Below the pieces are notes generated by a model, which did no database searches, was not told the origin of the DNA, and saw only the letters and a program-made list of their open reading frames with translations. The position numbers were made by a program, and so were the translations under genes. 64,000 nucleotides of DNA from Parachlamydiales bacterium (lineage in GTDB: Bacteria; Chlamydiota; Chlamydiia; Chlamydiales; Rhabdochlamydiaceae), in assembly GCA_963705295.1 (NCBI GenBank), contig OY970065.1:1248001-1312000 (forward strand), given 5' to 3'. This document shows positions 39,455 to 49,300 of the stretch, piece by piece; position 1 is the stretch's first letter, and every line of letters starts with the position of its first letter.

Positions 39455-40642
39455 ATGACATTAAAACCATTATCGTGTTCAGAAATAAAAGAAACATCTT
39501 CCTTTCCGCCATTATCCTGCGGTTCTTTGAAGCCGGTGAAGACTCGTGATTTTCTTCGATGGTTTTCCTATGATACTCTCTATGTGCTTCTGACACACAT
39601 GGCCCCTTATCTTGAGATGAAAGATATCAAAAATCTCATCGAATACTTAGATGATACTGTTAGCTTAGATGCCTTTTTTATCATGAATGCTGGGTCGGAA
39701 GATCGGGACTCTAGAATTCAAAGATTAGGAAAACTCTTGGTCGATGCTGCTGTGGCTGGCGATGCCGAAATTGTCAGCCAAGTTTTCGGAACTCGCGTGA
39801 TTTATGAATTGTCGTCTTCAGTTTGCGCAGCTTTTGTACAAGCGCATTTAGAAGATCGAGGGCCGGTGATCAATGTCTTGATTCAGAAACATCCATTTCC
39901 AGATGAAACTCTGCGAGATCATTTTAATATAGCATGTGAATTTAGCTCGTTTTCTGTTTTAGATGTCCTTCAAAATCTCCCAGCGATAACACCTGCGATG
40001 CTCTATACAGAATTTTCTAAAGCATGTCGCAAAGGCGATTTAAGTCTTGTGCAGCATTTGAAAGAAAACAGTAGACTTGGCGAAGGAATTGTCCGTACGG
40101 AATTTAGTCATGCCCTCCAGAATGGGAATCTACCTGTAGTCAATCTTTTAATAGATCACCCTGCGGTTGATAACACAATTTTCTTCGATACAGAGTTTTG
40201 TTGTGCTTGTCGTAGCGGAGATTTAAATCGTATTAAAAACTTGAAAGAAAACTTCAGACTTTCAGACGGAATAGTCCGAACGGAATTTAGCCACGCTCTT
40301 TGGAATGGGAATCTCACTCTTGCGGATCTTTTGAAAGACCACTCCGCGATCGACACGAAAACCATCGATGACAACTTCAAGGAAGCGTGCCCACAGGGAA
40401 AACCCGAAATCGTCACTTTTTTACTTTCTCATCCCAAGCTCTCAGGTGATACGTTAAATGCCTTATGTTTCCAGACTTTTTGTCACGGCGATGAGAAAAT
40501 TGCCCAACTCTTACTACCCAGAATAAATCGTGAGACCTTAACGCAATTTTATAAAGATGCTACAAGCAAAGGTTTTAAAAAAGGGGTTGACCGTCTAGGG
40601 AAAATATTAGGCATCCAACCGGCGAAGAAGAAACACAAATGA
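39455..40642 (+). CDS. ankyrin-like repeat protein with possible F-box-like N-terminus
   Basis: Repeats F..AC..G...V..L; internal ~61 aa duplication. Confidence 0.7.
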   Translation: MTLKPLSCSEIKETSSFPPLSCGSLKPVKTRDFLRWFSYDTLYVLLTHMAPYLEMKDIKNLIEYLDDTVSLDAFFIMNAGSEDRDSRIQRLGKLLVDAAVAGDAEIVSQVFGTRVIYELSSSVCAAFVQAHLEDRGPVINVLIQKHPFPDETLRDHFNIACEFSSFSVLDVLQNLPAITPAMLYTEFSKACRKGDLSLVQHLKENSRLGEGIVRTEFSHALQNGNLPVVNLLIDHPAVDNTIFFDTEFCCACRSGDLNRIKNLKENFRLSDGIVRTEFSHALWNGNLTLADLLKDHSAIDTKTIDDNFKEACPQGKPEIVTFLLSHPKLSGDTLNALCFQTFCHGDEKIAQLLLPRINRETLTQFYKDATSKGFKKGVDRLGKILGIQPAKKKHK

Positions 40643-41598
40643 GCCTTTTAACCAGAATCGATCCTACCGTTTTTGAAGATGTCTTTTTATCCCGGCTAGG
40701 GGGTTATCTCGACTATTCTGGACTTAAAGTTTTAGCTTCCCATCTTCAGCAGAATGTGGCCGATCTTGCGATCCGCGCCATTCAAGCCCCACAACCGACC
40801 GATTCCGAAGCTCTTACCATGCGTGTGGCAATGCGTATCGAAAAAACCTCCAAATTTTTGATCGGGGCGGCCCGCGAAGGAGATTTAGAAGTTTTAGAAA
40901 CTATTGTAGCGCACCGTCTCTTTCAATTCGTTTCCCCAAGTGATATCTGCAGAGCTTTTGAACGAGCCGTTTCCAATCAAAGAATCGAAATTCTTCAGAG
41001 ATTACTTCCTTTTACGACCGAGACAATGGTTGCAGGGGGATTTAGGCTGGCTTGTAAGCACGGATTTTTAGAAGTTGCTCAAATTTTGGCCGAGAGAGAT
41101 GAATTAACGAAAGATGAATTTAGCCGTGGGTTTATAGCAGCATGTATGGAAGGTAGAAGCAACATTTACACAGCTTTTTTCAACCATCCTAAACTGAAGT
41201 GGAACTCTGCTAAATTAATGTTATTCACTGCCTGTGATAGCGATGCTTTTACGATTGCTGCGCTGCTGGCAACTTTAGATACGATAAAGCCTTTTATAGG
41301 CAGCGGATTTGTAAGAGCTTGCTGCAATGGAAGTCTTCGTGTTGTTGAATATTTCCAACAATGTGGCTTTATCCCTTTACATGAACTGCGGCAGGGATTT
41401 TATATGAGTTGTGTCTATAAAAAAATGATTGTGGCCCGTTCGATCTTTAGCCATGTCAATATCCCAGAAATGAGTTATATCACTCGGAGTCATTCACCCA
41501 ACCGAGTCATTGCACAATTAAAAAGCGAGCTGCCCAAGCAGCAGAAAATCTTATTGCTCGCCTACAACGCTTCCAGCTGGCTTAGGGAGAGACTATGA
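40639..41598 (+). CDS. ankyrin-like repeat protein
   Basis: GFRLACKHGFLEVAQIL-type repeats; ATGA overlap with upstream gene. Confidence 0.7.
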   Translation: MSLLTRIDPTVFEDVFLSRLGGYLDYSGLKVLASHLQQNVADLAIRAIQAPQPTDSEALTMRVAMRIEKTSKFLIGAAREGDLEVLETIVAHRLFQFVSPSDICRAFERAVSNQRIEILQRLLPFTTETMVAGGFRLACKHGFLEVAQILAERDELTKDEFSRGFIAACMEGRSNIYTAFFNHPKLKWNSAKLMLFTACDSDAFTIAALLATLDTIKPFIGSGFVRACCNGSLRVVEYFQQCGFIPLHELRQGFYMSCVYKKMIVARSIFSHVNIPEMSYITRSHSPNRVIAQLKSELPKQQKILLLAYNASSWLRERL

Positions 41599-42713
41599 CT
41601 TTTGATTTCTTTAATAGTTTCGATCCTCAGGTATTGAAAGCGATACTCCCTCGTATCGTAACCGATTTCGACTATGACGATCTCTTTCGCTTTGTCCCTA
41701 CTCTGGCAATTCCTCCTGCCCGCTTTTTTCGCGATCAACTCTCTTTCAATCCAGAGAAATTTTCTGAATACCTCCTCGCCTCCATCGAAAAGGCACACTC
41801 AGTTGTGGTGCGGACGCTTCTTGGTCACTCCTTAATGCAAAAAATGTCCTCTGCTGATGTTGTTGCTGCCTTTGATCAGGCCATTCGGTACGGGGATGTC
41901 GCTGCTGTTAGATCTTTGATTGAGAACCCTGCAATTACAGTTGCTAAAGTCGATGAAGCTTTTGCAAGATGCTGTGAATCGGTCCTTGTGCCTCTGATCG
42001 AATTTCTAAAAGATCACACCAAATTGACCTGGGTCGGTTTTAGAGAGGGTTTTTTGAGGAGCTGCAAAGCGGGTCAGACGACTATTATTGAATTGCTTTT
42101 CTATCACAGGTATTTAAGTCCATCGATTTTAGGTGATGGGTATGTCCAAATCTGCACCAAAGGTCATGTTCCTTTAGTGAGCCGATTTCTCTCTGATGAA
42201 AGGCTTTCTCAAAATAGAAAAGAAATAGGATTTATTAAAGCTTGCAAGCACAACAGAGCCGATATTTTGGCACATTTGGACCCTGTTTCTAATGGGGTTT
42301 TCATTCAAGGTCTGCAAAATGCAGGACGAGAGGGATGTTTTGATGTGATCAAGAAATTGAAAAACTGTCCTGCTACACTACTTGCCATAGGAAATGTTTT
42401 TTACTATGCTTGTTTGAATGGGTATCAGGAGATTGTGGCCCTTTTAGAAAATGACTTGAGGCTGACACCTGAACACTTGAATGACGGGTTTCATCGTGCT
42501 TGTCAAGAGGGGCGTACAGAGATCGCACGCCTGCTTCTTTTAAAACCTGAACTGACGATAAGAACACTGAGTTTTCTGTTTTATTGCAGACCTGAAATAA
42601 AAACCTTGCTCCGGGAATTGCCTCTACAGACACAGTTTCTTGTTCACATGGAGTATGCAAGGGCTTGCGCGATGACTGCCTTTAATTCCTTAACTTCTAG
42701 ATTTTCATACTAA
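41595..42713 (+). CDS. ankyrin-like repeat protein
   Basis: FYYACLNGYQEIVALL, GFHRACQEGRTEIARLLL; ATGA overlap. Confidence 0.7.
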   Translation: MTFDFFNSFDPQVLKAILPRIVTDFDYDDLFRFVPTLAIPPARFFRDQLSFNPEKFSEYLLASIEKAHSVVVRTLLGHSLMQKMSSADVVAAFDQAIRYGDVAAVRSLIENPAITVAKVDEAFARCCESVLVPLIEFLKDHTKLTWVGFREGFLRSCKAGQTTIIELLFYHRYLSPSILGDGYVQICTKGHVPLVSRFLSDERLSQNRKEIGFIKACKHNRADILAHLDPVSNGVFIQGLQNAGREGCFDVIKKLKNCPATLLAIGNVFYYACLNGYQEIVALLENDLRLTPEHLNDGFHRACQEGRTEIARLLLLKPELTIRTLSFLFYCRPEIKTLLRELPLQTQFLVHMEYARACAMTAFNSLTSRFSY

Positions 42714-43437
42714 GAATTGCCAGAAATAGAGGAAACTCGAGGCGACACCGGTTTTCCATGCGGGCTTTGGGGCCCGTACTTTTTTTATCAGAGATCCATT
42801 CTTCCATTGTTTCAATGACAAAACCTGCTTTTTTGAGGCCTGCTGCGTATGCAGAGAGAGAGTGATGGAACGACCATGTCGTGGGGGATTCTTCGCCTTG
42901 GACGGGATGGGTCTGGATGGGGATTTTGAGGGGAGTCATGTAGAGGTCGACGCGCCGGTATTGGAGCTTTTTCTCTTCGTCTATGCCCCAGGAGGACTGT
43001 CGTGGAATGCGGTAGCAAGGGTGGTTGAGGACTGTGAGAAGTTTGCCACCGGGCATCAGATATTGAGCTGCATTCTCGAAAACCTTTTCAAAATCAGACA
43101 CGTTTTGCAGAACTAGAATGAGGGTCGCATGGGAGAATGGGGTGTGTTTAAGGGTGAGTGGTTGTGTGATATCGGAGACATAAAAGGGATGGCGCGACTG
43201 CTTTTTCGCTTTTTCGATGAGAGCGAGGGAGGCATCGACGCCGACGTAGTCGACATCTTTAGGAAGGTTGCGACTCAAGACACCTTGTCCGCACCCCAAA
43301 TCTAAGACGGAGTCACCCGATTTTAGCTGCAAAAGTTGGAGAGCTTTGGGAAGGATCACATGTTCGTGGTAATAGTGTCCTTTTTCTCCAACGAGGGCAT
43401 CGTACCACTTATGAGACGTCTCCCACGAAGTCCCCAT
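42697..43437 (-). CDS. class I SAM-dependent methyltransferase
   Basis: VLDLGCGQG, GVDAS, LMPGG. Confidence 0.9.
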   Translation of the reverse strand: MGTSWETSHKWYDALVGEKGHYYHEHVILPKALQLLQLKSGDSVLDLGCGQGVLSRNLPKDVDYVGVDASLALIEKAKKQSRHPFYVSDITQPLTLKHTPFSHATLILVLQNVSDFEKVFENAAQYLMPGGKLLTVLNHPCYRIPRQSSWGIDEEKKLQYRRVDLYMTPLKIPIQTHPVQGEESPTTWSFHHSLSAYAAGLKKAGFVIETMEEWISDKKSTGPKARMENRCRLEFPLFLAILSMKI

Positions 43438-43440
43438 GAG

Positions 43441-44853
43441 TTATAGGTCTTCCGTTTCGTGAGCCAGTCGGATGTTCCAGCTCGGCTTTTTAAACCGGAG
43501 GATCAAAGAGGGCGCAAGGCAAACAACGACGACTCCTACGATGAGAAAACCGACGAAAAAGGCAGTATTACCCGTTGGTATTTGAGCGGGAGGGAAAAAT
43601 CCGATGATCAAGGTGAATACAGAACTCAAGATGCCCATCCCTGCAACCACCCACATCCCGAAATTCCCACCCGGGATTTTGTAGGCCCGCGGAACATCGG
43701 GTTTTTTGTACCGGAGTTTGATTGCAGCGGCGAACATCATGATGTACATCACGAGATAAACTTGGGTCACGAGAACCGCCAAAATCCAGTAGGCGCTGTT
43801 CACCGTTGGCATGAGGACAAATAGAAAACTGAGGACCGTGACAATGCCGGCTTGCAAGATGAGAAGGGGACGGGGCATTCCGTGTGGGTTGAGCTGCCGG
43901 AAAGTCGGTGGAAGATCACCACTTTGAGCAGCGGCTAGAAGACCTCGGCTCGGGCCCACAATCCATGTGCTGAGCGAGGCTAAGGCTCCTATGACAATGA
44001 GGAGCGCCATCCAGGGGACAAGCCCTTTAAGATTGTACGCATCGACAAATGCGACAAATGCCTGCATCGAGCCTGCCGTCAAGCTGATTTCACTTTTAGG
44101 GACGACGGCTGCAATGGCCAAGACTCCTAGAATTGACAGACCAAGAATCAAAATAACTGAAATCAAGGTCGCTTTCGGGTAATTTTTTTGGGGATTTTCG
44201 ACATCTTTGGCGTGGACGGCTGACATCTCCATGCCACAAAAAGAGAGGAGGACACCGGCAAAGAGAACGAGTTGCTCCGGACTCGACATATCGGGGATAA
44301 AACTCTTTAAACTGAAATCGATTTGCAGTGGACTTTCGGAAATAAACCAGTGGCATCCAAGGCCGATAATCACTGCGGCCGGAATAAATGTTCCGACAAT
44401 CACTCCAAACGAACTGATCCACCCAGAAATTTTCATCCCCTTCATATTGATATACGACATGAGCCAAAATGAAACGACCGAGACGATCAAAAGGTACGGT
44501 TTGTTGTTGATGAGGGCCGGATCGAAAAGATAGGCGGCCGTCGCAGCGATAAAGGAGAGAATGGTCGGATACCAGATCACATTCTCAAACCACTGGAGCC
44601 AGATCGCGAGAAATCCTGCCCGGTGACCAAAAGCTTCTTTCACCCAAACAAAAACGCCTCCAATCTTCGGCCATCCCGTTGCGAGCTCTGCGGAGACAAG
44701 TGCAGTGGGGATAAAAAATAATAACGCAGCGAGAAGGAAGAAAAATAAAGAAGAAAAACCGATTTCTGCAATCGTGGGCCAATTTTTCACGCTTCCAATT
44801 GCTGCCACGTTGATCATGGCCAGTGTAAAAACGGTGATTGTTTTTTTATTCAT
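43441..44853 (-). CDS. APC-family amino acid permease (GadC/YjeM-like)
   Basis: About 12 TM segments; FFIPTALVSAELATG, GGVFVWV, GMEMSAVH, NPQKNYP. Confidence 0.9.
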   Translation of the reverse strand: MNKKTITVFTLAMINVAAIGSVKNWPTIAEIGFSSLFFFLLAALLFFIPTALVSAELATGWPKIGGVFVWVKEAFGHRAGFLAIWLQWFENVIWYPTILSFIAATAAYLFDPALINNKPYLLIVSVVSFWLMSYINMKGMKISGWISSFGVIVGTFIPAAVIIGLGCHWFISESPLQIDFSLKSFIPDMSSPEQLVLFAGVLLSFCGMEMSAVHAKDVENPQKNYPKATLISVILILGLSILGVLAIAAVVPKSEISLTAGSMQAFVAFVDAYNLKGLVPWMALLIVIGALASLSTWIVGPSRGLLAAAQSGDLPPTFRQLNPHGMPRPLLILQAGIVTVLSFLFVLMPTVNSAYWILAVLVTQVYLVMYIMMFAAAIKLRYKKPDVPRAYKIPGGNFGMWVVAGMGILSSVFTLIIGFFPPAQIPTGNTAFFVGFLIVGVVVVCLAPSLILRFKKPSWNIRLAHETEDL

Positions 44854-44889
44854 TTCTTTTTCGTAATAAAATACCTTATAAAGAAATTA

Positions 44890-46125
44890 ATGATCAATGA
44901 TAAGTCGTTAGAGGCCGTCAAAGAAGCGCAGTGGTCGTCCCATTTTTGCAAGCCTCTCTATAAAACGTATTGTTTTTCAAAAATTCCTGGGACTCTTCTC
45001 CATCTATTGGGAGAAAAATCAGAGACCTTGCCATCGGATTGTTGGGAAGACCGATCTTATAAAAGTGTTATTTTAATTTTAATCGACGGTTTTGGGTGGA
45101 AATTTTTTGAAAAACACCATAAAAATTATCCGTTTTTAAATCAGTTTGTCGAGGATGGAATTGTATCCAAATTGACCTCCCAATTTCCTTCAACGACGGC
45201 TGCTCATATCACCACCCTTTGCACAGGAATGGAGGTCGGACAAACAGGTGTGTTTGAGTGGTTTTACTACGAACCCCTGGTCAACCGGGTGATTTCTCCT
45301 CTGCTATTTTCTTACGCCGGTGACAAAACGACGGAAACGCTTGACCTCACACCCGATCAAATCCTCCCTGAGCACACCCTCTTTCAAAGGCTGAAAGGAA
45401 AAGGCATCTCCTCCTATGTCTTCCAGTCTGAATCGATTGCCCATTCTCCTTATTCAGATTGGATGTTCCGGGGAAGTGAGTCTGTTCCATACCACAGCTT
45501 TTCTCATGGTTTGTCTCAACTCGGAGCCTATCTTCCCCGGGGCGGTCTTTTTTATCTCTATTGTGGAGATATCGATGCGTATGCGCATCGAACGGGGTGG
45601 GAATCGGAAAAAGTGAAAGAGACATGCGATTCGATTTTCAAAGAACTCGATCGTTTTTCATCGAAGCTTCCGCCAGGTGTTGCCTGCATGGTCACCGCTG
45701 ACCATGGGATGACGGCAATCAGCCCCAAGACAACCGTTTTTCTCAATCAAGAAATTCCGCAGGTGGAATCGATGCTCCTGAAAGGGGCAGATGGACGGCC
45801 GCTGACCCCTGCCGGCTCGTGCCGCGATTATTTTCTCTATGTTAAAGATGAGCAGATCGATGAAGCCAAAGAACTTCTTCAAAAAACTTTTGAAGGAAAG
45901 GCTGAAGTTTTCAAAACATCGACCCTTATCCGCGACGGTTTTTTTGGCTCGAAACCGGTTTCTGAAACCTTTCTCAAAAGAGTCGGAAATCTCGTGATTT
46001 TACCCTACGATCACCAATCAGTCTGGTGGTATGAGAAAGGCCGCTTTGAACAACGGTTTTACGCGATGCATGGCGGCCTTTCTCGAGATGAGCTTGAAAC
46101 AATCTTTCTATTTAGAAAGACTTAG
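44890..46125 (+). CDS. alkaline phosphatase superfamily nucleotide pyrophosphatase/phosphodiesterase
   Basis: LIDGFG, FPSTTAA, DAYAH, TADHG, MHGG. Confidence 0.85.
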   Translation: MINDKSLEAVKEAQWSSHFCKPLYKTYCFSKIPGTLLHLLGEKSETLPSDCWEDRSYKSVILILIDGFGWKFFEKHHKNYPFLNQFVEDGIVSKLTSQFPSTTAAHITTLCTGMEVGQTGVFEWFYYEPLVNRVISPLLFSYAGDKTTETLDLTPDQILPEHTLFQRLKGKGISSYVFQSESIAHSPYSDWMFRGSESVPYHSFSHGLSQLGAYLPRGGLFYLYCGDIDAYAHRTGWESEKVKETCDSIFKELDRFSSKLPPGVACMVTADHGMTAISPKTTVFLNQEIPQVESMLLKGADGRPLTPAGSCRDYFLYVKDEQIDEAKELLQKTFEGKAEVFKTSTLIRDGFFGSKPVSETFLKRVGNLVILPYDHQSVWWYEKGRFEQRFYAMHGGLSRDELETIFLFRKT

Positions 46126-46219
46126 CTTTCTTCTTTTCTTGCTTAGCAAGTTTTTTTTCTTTCATACTTTTCTGAGGTTTTTTCTTATCCTCTTTTTTTG
46201 CATCACGAGTTTTTGACAT
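46112..46219 (-). CDS. 35 aa lysine-rich small protein
   Basis: My translation MSKTRDAKKEDKKKPQKSMKEKKLAKQEKKKAKSF; GGAGG 5 nt upstream of the ATG. Confidence 0.7.
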   Translation of the reverse strand: MSKTRDAKKEDKKKPQKSMKEKKLAKQEKKKAKSF

Positions 46220-46341
46220 AAAGCCTCCATATAGGGAATCCCATAAGTATAAGAGATTTAAAATAATTTTCAAGAAACATTTTTCTTTACATGATTCGTT
46301 TTTTCTTTTATATAAAATTATTTAAAAAAAAAGGATACCGC

Positions 46342-49300
46342 ATGCAAAATTTTAGGACTCTTGGACTTCTTACATCCTCTGTTGTGCTCTTTTCTGCTGT
46401 GAATGTCTCTTCAGATGGCGAATTACAGAATGCGATTATCTCTGCGAATTTGGGTGGAGATAATACGATAAATTTTGTCAATAACATCACGCTCACTTCT
46501 CCAGGAATAGGTGCTCCTAATTTACGTCCTATCAATGCGAACTACGACTTTACACCGGGTAATTATCCTATCACCATTAATGGAAACAACTTTACTTTAA
46601 ATGGGGCGAATGCTTTTCGAGGTTTTTTTGTTCGCGGAGGAACTGTCTCCATCAATAATCTCAATTTTGGCAACACTTTGAGTGAAGGTGGTCAAGGTGG
46701 AGATACAGGCGGTGGAGGTGGTTCTGGGATTGGTGGATCGGTGATTGTTGGAACCGGAACCAACGTCACTTTGGTAAACCCTACTTTTGTAAATTCTAAA
46801 GCTCAAGGTGGACATGGAGGCGCTCCAGGAACCGCCAATGTCACTCCACCACTCGCAGGTGGGGGAGGAGGTATGGCAGGATCTGGTGGTTTTGGAGGAG
46901 GATTTTCCGGCGGCGGCGGCGGTGGTTTAGACTATACAGGAGGAAATAGTACGTCAAGCAACAACAGCGGCTCTGGAGCGGGAGGTGCCGGCGTGGGATT
47001 CAATGGTGGAGATGCTTCAGGAACAGACACACCTGGAAATGGAGGCAATAATTATGCTGGTGCTGGGGGCGGAGCTGGAGGTTCTACTTTCCTTGCCAAT
47101 GGTTCTCCTGGCTCCAATGGAGGTGGTGGAGGTGGAGGGCATGATACGCTTGGCGTGACTCCAGGAAATGGCGGTGCAGGTGGCGCAGGAGGAATTGGCG
47201 GTGGAGGAGGGGGTGGCGGTGCTGTACTTCCAACGACCAGTGTCGGTGGCGCAGGAGGAGATTTTGGCGGCGGCGGCGGAGGAGGATTTCAAGGTAGTGT
47301 AGGAGGTGCCGGAGGCATTTTTGGAGGCGGCGGTTGTGGCGGAAATACCGATCCCGAAAGTTTTCCACAATTCAATGGAGGACAAGGTGGAAATGGAGGT
47401 TTTGGAGGCGGCGGCGGAGGTGGTGGTGGTGCTTTCGTCACAGTTCTTGGCCTTACACCGGGTGCGGGTGGAACAGGAGGTTTTGCAGGGGGCAATGGTG
47501 ATAGCGGCAGTCTTGTCGTAGGTAGTTTTGGACCCAATGGAGCTGGAGGTGGAGGTGCAGGCTTTGGAGGAGCTCTTTTTCTTCAAAATGGGGGAAATCT
47601 TACAATCCAAGGTGCGCCGAGTTTTTCTGGGAATTCTTCGGCAGGGGGACTGAGCGGTGGTGGGAATGCGACAAGTGGCTCAGGTTTGGGGCAAGACATC
47701 TTTATGATGTCATCGTCGCTGCTCACCTTCAATATTACGAATACAGTGACATTAGCTAATCCCATTCAGAGTGATCAAGGGGCAGGCGGAGGGAGCACGA
47801 CAACCGGTGGTTTGACTAAAAGCGGCACAGGGACACTCGATTTCGCAACATTTAATCTCGCTAATACGTACACCGGTACTACAACAATTAATGATGGCAT
47901 TTTGAAAATTGCCAGCGACAGTAATTTGGGAGTGGCGGCAAACCCTGTCGTTATGAACACGGGTATCGGGGTTTCTCCGACTCTCGAATTTGCAGGCAAT
48001 GTCATATCGGCTCGTTCGATCACGCTGACTGGTCTACAAGCTGCGACTCTACAAGCAGACGCATCAACGAATTCGATTTTTTCAGGGATCATCAGTGGTA
48101 CAGGTTCTTTGACGAAAACAGGAACTGGTGTTGTTACTTTTTCAGGAGTGAGTCCTAATACCTATACAGGGACGACAACTGTCAATGATGGTATCCTTAT
48201 TTTGAATAAAGCACCCAATAACTTTGCCATTGCTGGAAATGCGGTTATTAATGGAGGCTCGCTCGTTTATGCTTCGACAAATCAGATGCCCTCTACATCC
48301 ACTGTGACCATCAATGGTGGTGCTTTCGATTTGACAGGCAATCCTGTGACCTTGGGAACTTTGATCTACAATGGTGGAACATTAACTCAAAGCGGTGCCC
48401 TTCTAACTTTATGTAATCCGAGACATGCCCTAACCATGCGCGATACCGTGATAACGGGGGATATCCTCTTGAAGAGAACAGGAAAAGTTACTTTTGATGC
48501 GACCAACAACGGAACAGCTGTCATTGCAGGTAATGTCGATTTGAATGGGCATAATATCGAATTTGATATTGCAGACGGTACTGCCCCGTTTGATATGGTT
48601 ATCAGTGGCGTGATCAGTAATGGAGGTCTCAAAAAGAAGGGACCTGGAACTCTCTACTTAACAGGAGAAAATACCTATAGCCATGGCGCAAAAATCTTAA
48701 AAGGAACCTTGGTAGGAAATACCAACAGTCTCCAGCCCAATATCGTCGATAAAGCAACCCTGGTTTTCTATCAAGATTTTGATGGAACGTATCAAGGTAA
48801 AATCCGTGGCCCAGGCGAACTTATCAAGAATGGTCTTGGAACAGTCACACTTATTGGGAAAAATACCTATAATGGTGGAACGGTCATCAATGAAGGAGCC
48901 TTGAAAGGAAACACGAAATCACTCCAGCGAAACATTCTCGATAATGCCACCATCATCTTCGAACAAACATCTCAAGGGAACTTCCATGGAATCGTCTCTG
49001 GTACAGGAGCTTTGATTAAAACTGGCGAAGGAACTTTGGTGTTCACAAAAAAACAGCAGTACACAGGGCAAACATTCATTGAACAAGGGAAATTAAGAGC
49101 TAATGGGGGTGGAAAAATTGCCGGTGATATTGTCGATAATTCCGTTTTGATTTTCCAGCAAAACAACAATGCATCTTACTCTGGAAATATCAGTGGTAGT
49201 GGAAAAGTTATTAAGACTGGTGAAGGAACTCTAGCACTCAAAGGAACCAATAACTATACAGGTGGAACAAGGATCAAGCAAGGAGCTCTTAAGGGAAATA

